DNA from: a virus
DNA length: 64,000 nucleotides
IMG/VR virus record: IMGVR_UViG_3300044620_001904
Span: 1-64,000 of that record
Strand: one strand, 5' to 3'
Below, piece by piece: positions 57,832-64,000 of the stretch. The notes beneath the pieces were generated by a model that was not told the origin of the DNA, made no database searches, and saw only the letters and a list, made by a program, of their open reading frames with translations. How positions within the stretch are numbered: the first letter of the stretch is position 1; each line of letters starts with the position of its first letter. The translations under genes were made by a program, and so were the position numbers.

Positions 57832-57905
57832 TGATTCCGGTGGGATTCAAACCCACGTTTACCATTTTAAAAGAATGGTGCCTACAATCACTCGGCCACG
57901 AAATC
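57832..57905 (-). tRNA. tRNA-Lys(UUU)
   Basis: CCAUU-CU-UUU-AA-AAUGG. Confidence 0.82.
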
Positions 57906-58003
57906 ATTTTTTATACCAACAATGTCAAAGAACCTTGTTCTAATCTTTCACAAAGGTAAATCAAATTTTTTAATCCAACAAATCTATGTGAAAGATTTTT
58001 TTG

Positions 58004-58085
58004 AGGAAAGGGTGGGAATCGAACCCACGTTGAGAATTAACTCGCAGATTAACAGTCTGCTGCCTGGCCTCTAGGCTACCAATCC
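58004..58085 (-). tRNA. tRNA-Asn(GUU), atypical body
   Basis: GCAGA-CU-GUU-AA-UCUGC; long variable arm; two U-U mismatches in the acceptor; U73. Confidence 0.7.
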
Positions 58086-58101
58086 ATTTTATATTGTATT
58101 A

Positions 58102-58650
58102 CTAAGTGTTTTTTTTCAAAAAATTGTCCCTAAACATATCAACAATTCCAATAATTTCATTTTTGAATTTTGAATGTATATATAGATGATGTGTTGGACA
58201 CAAAGGAATCAAATTTTCCGGTGAGTTATTTTTTTTATTACAATCATAATGGTGGATTGCCACTATTTTAGATTCACCACATACCACGCATCGTTTTTGG
58301 TGATGTTCAAAACCTATTCTACGGTATCCATTTCTTTCTCTATTTTCAACAGAACCGACCCAATTAGGGTTATTAGGACCACTTCTGAAAAAACTATTTG
58401 AGCAAGAATAAGAACAAGTTGTTTTTTCATGTTTATGATTTGTAATAGTAACGAACACATTACCACAAATTGGACATTTTTTTTCCAAGTAATCGTATTT
58501 AGTTTTTTTCTTTTTCAAATGTGAAATATCTACACTATGAAGTTCTATAAACTCAAAAAATTTTTTTCTAGTTTTACCATTATCATAACCATAAATTGAT
58601 TTTATTGCGTCAGTAATAGTTTGAGAATTTTTTATTATTTCTGTTTCCAT
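58102..58650 (-). CDS. HNH homing endonuclease inserted in the tRNA operon
   Basis: CPICG...CSYSC; CVVCG...HHYD.NKKNN.PENLIPLCPTHH. Confidence 0.85.
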   Translation of the reverse strand: METEIIKNSQTITDAIKSIYGYDNGKTRKKFFEFIELHSVDISHLKKKKTKYDYLEKKCPICGNVFVTITNHKHEKTTCSYSCSNSFFRSGPNNPNWVGSVENRERNGYRRIGFEHHQKRCVVCGESKIVAIHHYDCNKKNNSPENLIPLCPTHHLYIHSKFKNEIIGIVDMFRDNFLKKNT

Positions 58651-58712
58651 ACATATAAATATGTTAGAAATCGTAAAAAACTAATTTGGTCAAACTTTTT
58701 CAATACGACAAG

Positions 58713-58785
58713 TAGAGTAGACAGGACTCGAACCTGCACGCACTTGCTCCCAAAGCAAGGGACCTTCCAATTGGTCAACTACTCT
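58713..58785 (-). tRNA. tRNA-Pro(UGG)
   Basis: CUUGC-UU-UGG-GA-GCAAG. Confidence 0.87.
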
Positions 58786-58841
58786 ATATGAAAAACATAA
58801 TTTTGTAATTACAACACTTAATAACCAATATTTCAAAGAAC

Positions 58842-58879
58842 AAAAAAAAACCCCGAACTTTTTACGGTTCAGGGTTTTT
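58842..58879 (-). terminator. Attenuator terminator of tRNA operon 1
   Basis: AAAAACCCUGAAC-CGUAAAAA-GUUCGGGG-U9; the CUGAACC in its 5' arm is complementary to GGUUCAG in the leader ORF. Confidence 0.85.
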
Positions 58880-58899
58880 ATATGATAATTTTAACTATA

Positions 58900-59004
58900 T
58901 CAACTTTTAACTACTGAACCAATGAATGTACGAAACATCCCAGGATACCAACAATTACCTTGTGGTTTCGAACTAATGACGTTATGTAAATTTATTGTTT
59001 TCAT
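58900..59004 (-). CDS. Leader peptide 1 (34 aa) of the tRNA operon attenuator
   Basis: MKTINLHNVISSKPQGNCWYPGMFRTFIGSVVKS*; promoter TACTTTTG at 59025-59032. Confidence 0.8.
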   Translation of the reverse strand: MKTINLHNVISSKPQGNCWYPGMFRTFIGSVVKS

Positions 59005-59419
59005 AGTTTGTTATATAAGTATTACAAAAGTAGTAAAAATATCAATACAAGTCAAATATTTTTTTCACCACCTAAAATAAATTGTTGCTATTCCTATCGC
59101 AAATGTTAAGACTCTACGTTTTTCAGGATGATAAGGAGTTTTTTGATATGAAATACCAATATCAAACCACCATTCGCCATCAAAATTGTTCCAAACAAAT
59201 TCTGTTTTCATGTCTTATCGTTTAATTTTAAAACATTAAAGTTCTAACCAAGTATCCAATTAATTCATTAAGTAATGCAAAAAAACCAACTATGGATCCA
59301 ATTCCAAATACCGACATCAATATAAATTGTGTCATAATTGCAAAAGTTGATGGTTCCCTTTTGAATTGGTTTTTCTTGTAAAATTTTGAAAAAAAAGATG
59401 TTTGCATATGGTTTTATTT

Positions 59420-59632
59420 TTAGATTTCGCTCAAATATGATTTCAGGTTAGCAAGTTCAATTTTTAATCTTACGATTTCATCGTTTTGCAATTTTATATC
59501 TTCCAGTCTTTCCTTTAAAACCTCAAAAGAATAATCGATAATTTGTTGTTCAATTTCGGTCAAATCTTCTTTTTTTACAAGAATTTTCTCCAAAATAAAC
59601 TCACAATATTTGTCTTTTTGAGATTTAAACAT
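59420..59632 (-). CDS. Hypothetical protein
   Basis: ORF after a TATCTTTG promoter. Confidence 0.5.
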   Translation of the reverse strand: MFKSQKDKYCEFILEKILVKKEDLTEIEQQIIDYSFEVLKERLEDIKLQNDEIVRLKIELANLKSYLSEI

Positions 59633-59685
59633 TTTGTTTTTTGTTGGGCAAAGATATAACTTTTATCTATCTCTGCCAAATTTTT

Positions 59686-59919
59686 TTAAAAAATCGTGTG
59701 ATCCCCAAAGTTATCGTCCCAAGGACAAGGGATGGACTTTCTATCATCATCACGAGTTGGTTGGATGATATCAGAAATTTCAGATAATATCTGTAAAGCA
59801 TCCGTTTGAGCATTATCAGATTGGAAGATAGTTTCAGCATAAGGATATTTTTTGAAATAATCATCAAGAACATTGATAACTTCAGATTTTTTTTCGGGTG
59901 TCCAATTTATTTTATACAT
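59686..59919 (-). CDS. Hypothetical protein
   Basis: ORF downstream of tRNA-Thr. Confidence 0.5.
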   Translation of the reverse strand: MYKINWTPEKKSEVINVLDDYFKKYPYAETIFQSDNAQTDALQILSEISDIIQPTRDDDRKSIPCPWDDNFGDHTIF

Positions 59920-59933
59920 ATTCTATTTTTGTG

Positions 59934-60019
59934 AGCCAAGGGCCGGATTCGAACCGGCGTGTGAGTAAACTCATCCTCATTACAAGTGAGGTGCAATCGA
60001 CCATCTATGCGACCTAGGC
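59934..60019 (-). tRNA. tRNA-Thr(UGU) with long variable arm
   Basis: CCUCA-CU-UGU-AA-UGAGG; variable arm UGAG-UUUA-CUCA. Confidence 0.82.
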
Positions 60020-60026
60020 AAATTGT

Positions 60027-60102
60027 TGGTGACCCTGGCACGATTCGAACGTGCGACTGATTGCTTAGAAGGCAATTACTCTATCCTCTGAGTTACAGGG
60101 CC
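60027..60102 (-). tRNA. tRNA-Arg(UCU)
   Basis: AUUGC-CU-UCU-AA-GCAAU; ACCA end encoded. Confidence 0.92.
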
Positions 60103-60108
60103 TTATAA

Positions 60109-60285
60109 TTATATTTTCTTCACTTCATATCTATGACCACTGTCAGAATTTATCTCCATTAATTTTCTTGTGTTTTCTGCGTCTTCAAAAGTTTCAAACT
60201 CTAATACTTCCTCATGAGTGTCCAATATAATTACCGGCATCTCTACATTTCTGTCATTTTTTACAAATTTTACAATTACATACAT
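60109..60285 (-). CDS. 58-aa hypothetical protein (not in the ORF track)
   Basis: MYVIVKFVKNDRNVEMPVIILD...SDSGHRYEVKKI*. Confidence 0.55.
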   Translation of the reverse strand: MYVIVKFVKNDRNVEMPVIILDTHEEVLEFETFEDAENTRKLMEINSDSGHRYEVKKI

Positions 60286-60302
60286 AATAATTAGTTTTTT
60301 TT

Positions 60303-60377
60303 TGGCGGTCTATAAGGGAATCGAACCCTTACCATATCATAGACAGTGATATATCCTTGCCGTTAGACGAATAGACC
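60303..60377 (-). tRNA. tRNA-Asp(GUC)
   Basis: UAUCA-CU-GUC-UA-UGAUA (U37); GCCA end encoded. Confidence 0.88.
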
Positions 60378-60437
60378 AATTTTGTTTTACAAAGGTAGTA
60401 TAAACTTTTCAATTATACAACACATTTATTTTTTTTG

Positions 60438-60513
60438 TGGAGAAGATGGGAATCGAACCCACCACAAAAACATTGCAAGTGTTTCTCGCCAAAGCCTTGG
60501 TACATGCTCCCCC
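60438..60513 (-). tRNA. tRNA-Ala(UGC)
   Basis: AAACA-CU-UGC-AA-UGUUU; G3:U70. Confidence 0.85.
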
Positions 60514-60524
60514 AAATTATTTTG

Positions 60525-60610
60525 TAGTGCCGATGGGATTCGAACCCACGATTATCCTTTCGGATTCCAGATTGAAAGTCTGGTAGCCTAAACCACTAGC
60601 CGACGGCACC
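60525..60610 (-). tRNA. tRNA-Glu(UUC) with long variable arm
   Basis: CCAGA-CU-UUC-AA-UCUGG; variable arm AUCC-GAAA-GGAU. Confidence 0.82.
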
Positions 60611-60654
60611 ATTTATGATACAAAATTACAAAATATATTTCAAAGAACCAAAAA

Positions 60655-60683
60655 TAAAAAACCCACCTTTTTGGGGTGGGTTT
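60655..60683 (-). terminator. Attenuator terminator of tRNA operon 2
   Basis: AAACCCACC-CCAAAAA-GGUGGGUUUUUU; its CACCCC is complementary to GGGGUG in the leader ORF. Confidence 0.85.
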
Positions 60684-60706
60684 CAATATTTTAGAAAACT
60701 ACAATA

Positions 60707-60784
60707 TTATACCACACCCCGTAGAGTAAGTTCTGCTTCCGTTCTATCGGCAGTGGTGATATATATGTAGTTCAAATTTTTCAT
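60707..60784 (-). CDS. Leader peptide 2 (25 aa) of the tRNA operon attenuator
   Basis: MKNLNYIYITTADRTEAELTLRGVV*; promoter TATCTTTG at 60789-60796, 4 nt before the ATG. Confidence 0.82.
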   Translation of the reverse strand: MKNLNYIYITTADRTEAELTLRGVV

Positions 60785-60830
60785 AACACAAAGATACAAA
60801 GAATTTTTATAAAATCAATACCCTTATCCT

Positions 60831-61352
60831 TTATTTTCTTAATTTAGGTTTAGATTTCATTTTATCATATATCCTAACGAAATAATAAGGATCTTCCATC
60901 ACATAACAAAATTCATTCCTTGTTGTCGCGTTAAGGATTTTAACTTCTTTGATCGGATATTTTGACAATAAATCCATATCTTTGTCGTTATATCTAAACC
61001 ACATATCAATTCTACATGAAATACCAGGTCTAATATTCCACAAAGCAACGGAATCATTTTCTAAATAGAATGTAACACGACTTATTCTACTGCAAAAATG
61101 ATCGTCTTTGTAGGTTAACCTAAATTCGTGTAAATATTGATATTTTTTATCCATATCAACATTTGTTATTACCGGTTGGATTTCAAATAACGAATCCGAA
61201 TGGATATACGGCTTTGGTTGAAGAGGATCGGTCTCGGATCTTTCTTCGTACTTAGCGATGTGCTCACAGTGAGGACATGGTTTGTCTGTTTCAAATGGTG
61301 TGAAAGCCATAAACACCAATAAACAGATTGCGATAATTATAGAAGTTTTCAT
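60831..61352 (-). CDS. Secreted hypothetical protein
   Basis: Signal peptide; CPHCEH motif. Confidence 0.55.
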   Translation of the reverse strand: MKTSIIIAICLLVFMAFTPFETDKPCPHCEHIAKYEERSETDPLQPKPYIHSDSLFEIQPVITNVDMDKKYQYLHEFRLTYKDDHFCSRISRVTFYLENDSVALWNIRPGISCRIDMWFRYNDKDMDLLSKYPIKEVKILNATTRNEFCYVMEDPYYFVRIYDKMKSKPKLRK

Positions 61353-61549
61353 ATCTATAAATATTTGATTATTTTTAATATTTACATTTTTAAAAAAATA
61401 TTTATTCTTCTAAATTTTTAATTTCTTTACATTAAAATTACATTAATTTAAAACTAAAAAAAAGTTATTTGATATTTATTATAGTGACTTTAATTTTTTT
61501 TTATTGAAAATTTTATTATATTTGTATCTAATTTGTAATGATTATTAAC

Positions 61550-62050
61550 ATGGAAAGAGTTTTAGTTTTAAATTCTGATTATAGTCCTTTGAACGTAACG
61601 ACTGTCATTCGTGGTTTTAACTTAGTTAATAAAGGAAAGGCCGAGATATTAAAATCGGGCGAAAAACCGATAAGTGCTGGTTCATTATCATTTGCTCGCC
61701 CTTTGATAATAAGACTATTGGTTTATGTTAAATACAGGGTTAAAAACTTAAAAGTTAATAGGGCTAGAATTTATAAACGTGATGGTCATAAATGTGTATA
61801 TTGTGGGGCGAATAAAAATCTTACAATAGACCACGTTTTACCAAAATCTCGTGGTGGAACAAATAGATGGACTAATTTGGTTACATGCTGCGGTACTTGT
61901 AATAGAAAAAAAGGTGATAGAACTCCATATGAAGCAAATATGACTTTAAGTGTAAAACCTTATGAACCATCATTGTTTTCTGATGTATTTCATAATCACA
62001 TAAGTGATCTGTGGGATGAATTCAAACAAACGATGGGGTTGAATTATTGA
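61550..62050 (+). CDS. HNH endonuclease (McrA-like)
   Basis: VLVLNSDYSPL; RDGHKCVYCG...TIDHVLPKSRGG...WTNLVTCC..CN..K. Confidence 0.9.
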   Translation: MERVLVLNSDYSPLNVTTVIRGFNLVNKGKAEILKSGEKPISAGSLSFARPLIIRLLVYVKYRVKNLKVNRARIYKRDGHKCVYCGANKNLTIDHVLPKSRGGTNRWTNLVTCCGTCNRKKGDRTPYEANMTLSVKPYEPSLFSDVFHNHISDLWDEFKQTMGLNY

Positions 62051-62165
62051 TTCACAAATATACCAAAAACAAAAGAGAGTCCGAAAACTCTCTTTTGTTA
62101 GATTTGGAACACCCCCTTTTTTTAGATGTTTATACTAAACAGGACTCTCGTCCCGAAAAGTCAAT

Positions 62166-63806
62166 TTACTTACTTAAAGCCTTTGATTTCATTTCTTTAG
62201 CTTTATTTTCCATTTTATCTTTAATACCTCCTAATATTGAACATACACTTCCTGATATTGATGATTGTATGCTTTTCATAAATGATTGCTCATAAAGTAA
62301 ATCTGTTAAAGAGTTTCTAACAGCATCAGGAACGATACCACTTGCAACATACTTATCACCTAAAGAACCAATAATCGATTCTACGATGCTTTTTGAAAGT
62401 AACTCGCTTACATAATTGCAATCTGTAAATAGTTTTGGTATATCAGAAAAAGATTGAATGTTACCTAAAGATGTAATGAATAATCTTCCAATAGCGCTTT
62501 TTGGATTTAAACCTAGTTTCGATAATAGAGTTTTAACCGCAAATTCAACCAAAGTACCTCTTAAAGTACCCATTAGATTTTTTTTAACACCTGATCCACC
62601 AAATATACCACTCAATAAATTAACAAAAGACTCCATCTCACTTAATATTACCTTATTATCAAAACCAACTTCACGTAACTTTATTGTCTCTACTAAAAAA
62701 TCTAAAAATGAAATTTCAATATTATTATGTAATTTTGAAGATTCTATAATTAAATTAAAACGGTTTTTAATTATTGATTGCTCAACCAAAAATGATTTTT
62801 TATTTTCTTTCATTTCCAAAAGATTTTTCTTCACGGTTTTTGATAAATTTGATTCTTGCAATGAATATTTTTTATTTGAATCTTTACTCAAATTATTTAT
62901 AATTTCTAAATTTTTTAATGTACCAAAAGAAAATTTGTGAATTTTATCGCATCTTTGAATCAATTGTTTGGCCGTCAATAACATTGCAGAATTTCCAACC
63001 GGATAATCGTTACTAATCGCATTTGCATAATTATTAATTAATTTGCGACAATATGATTTCTGTGGATTTGCCAGATTTTTCCGAAAATTATCCTTCTCAG
63101 TATTAAGATAATCATTCCATTGATTAGAATTTCCTGATTCACTGAAATCTATTTTTTGTACTAAACAAAAATCTGTAGTAAATACTGATGGATATTTTTG
63201 TTTTAGATTAACAATAGGACCCGCAAAATCATCAGTGTCTTGAGTTTTACAATCTATTACAGTATAACCGGCACCTGTAAATTTGGCGATAATAGGATCT
63301 TGTTCAGAAGAAATTGGTGTCAATTCTGTTTTTTTTAAATAAAGAAAATCTTTTCCTGGTTGTGGAAATGCGTCAGGGTTTCCATATTCAGGATGTGAAT
63401 TAAGGTCTATTTTTTCATATTTTCCTGCTCTGATATCCACCTCTGACACATTTTCAGGACTTACGATACCCTGATTTCTTTTCATCACCGCGGCAATATG
63501 TTGGTTTTGTTTTTCTTTTAAAGGTGTTATTTTATTTTGATCGGTAACATCAGGAGTGGTTAAAGCTTCGCAAGACCATCTTTTTTTTACTTTTGTTACT
63601 GCGTTTATAACTATTCCATCATCAAAAAACAATATACTTTCGTTTTTTCCATTCTTACCCGATATAACCAATTTACCTGATTTAGTTTTTTTTGGTTGTC
63701 TTCCAGTATCTTTGGTAAACCATTTGTAGTTATCGAAACATTTTTTTTGGTCGGCAACCACTAAATCTATTTCTTTTTGTGACTGCTCATTAATATTTTT
63801 TTTCAT
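62166..63806 (-). CDS. Hypothetical protein, putative head-packaged
   Basis: 546 aa with several [LI]xE sites (INEQ, LQES, LVEQ, IIES). Confidence 0.55.
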   Translation of the reverse strand: MKKNINEQSQKEIDLVVADQKKCFDNYKWFTKDTGRQPKKTKSGKLVISGKNGKNESILFFDDGIVINAVTKVKKRWSCEALTTPDVTDQNKITPLKEKQNQHIAAVMKRNQGIVSPENVSEVDIRAGKYEKIDLNSHPEYGNPDAFPQPGKDFLYLKKTELTPISSEQDPIIAKFTGAGYTVIDCKTQDTDDFAGPIVNLKQKYPSVFTTDFCLVQKIDFSESGNSNQWNDYLNTEKDNFRKNLANPQKSYCRKLINNYANAISNDYPVGNSAMLLTAKQLIQRCDKIHKFSFGTLKNLEIINNLSKDSNKKYSLQESNLSKTVKKNLLEMKENKKSFLVEQSIIKNRFNLIIESSKLHNNIEISFLDFLVETIKLREVGFDNKVILSEMESFVNLLSGIFGGSGVKKNLMGTLRGTLVEFAVKTLLSKLGLNPKSAIGRLFITSLGNIQSFSDIPKLFTDCNYVSELLSKSIVESIIGSLGDKYVASGIVPDAVRNSLTDLLYEQSFMKSIQSSISGSVCSILGGIKDKMENKAKEMKSKALSK

Positions 63807-63822
63807 TTTATAAGAAAATTTT

Positions 63823-64000
63823 TAAAGTCCGTTATCAGTATTAACTTCAGGATCTAACTCAAGATCAGGGTCTTTAGTTGACAACCCTTGACTCAAATAT
63901 TCATTTTTATGAGATTTCCATGCTTTTTGTGTTCTAGGTCCGAACCTACCATAACCTTTACCTCTCTCGACTTTACCTGTAGGATAAATTGAACCATAGG
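63823..64000 (-). CDS. C-terminus of a peptidoglycan-binding-like protein (partial)
   Basis: Minus-strand frame reads ...GKGYGRFGPRTQKAWKSH... Confidence 0.4.

Noticed and set aside
1-64000. Stop-codon reassignment
   Set aside because: Long genes are intact in the standard code and no CUA or UCA suppressor tRNA was found; tRNA-Leu(UAG), Leu(UAA) and Ser(UGA) read CUA, UUA and UCA codons

Overview
A 64 kb piece of an AT-rich jumbo myovirus with a T4-like head module. The host is very likely Bacteroidota, based on recurrent TAnnTTTG promoters, a tmRNA tag that resumes on Gly, and a lipoprotein rich in D-S/T-x motifs. Left to right it holds: a glycan-modification cluster, PhoH, a gp55-like late sigma factor, virion genes, and the head module (major capsid, scaffold, prohead protease, intein-containing portal, terminase). 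These are followed by a proteostasis block (Hsp20, ClpC without its N-domain, peptidase, tmRNA), an ncRNA operon with a ~880-nt GOLLD-like RNA, an RNA-repair block, and two minus-strand tRNA operons. The RNA-repair block has an Rnl1 ligase, a DRB0094-type ligase fractured by a split intein plus endonuclease, a metallophosphoesterase and a cyclic-phosphate receiver domain. The operons hold 19 and 5 tRNAs, cover all 20 amino acids, and are interleaved with unknown structured RNAs. The main finding is that each tRNA operon is preceded by an unannotated short leader ORF with an antiterminator/terminator pair and a boxA-like site. The codons in each leader match the tRNAs of its own operon: leader 1 has the 16 amino acids of operon 1 and no Ala/Asp/Glu, and leader 2 has the run T-T-A-D-R(AGA)-T-E-A-E ahead of the Glu/Ala/Asp/Arg-UCU/Thr operon. 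This looks like a ribosome-stalling attenuator that senses tRNA depletion and switches on replacement phage tRNAs. All calls come from reading the sequence by eye; no searches were run.
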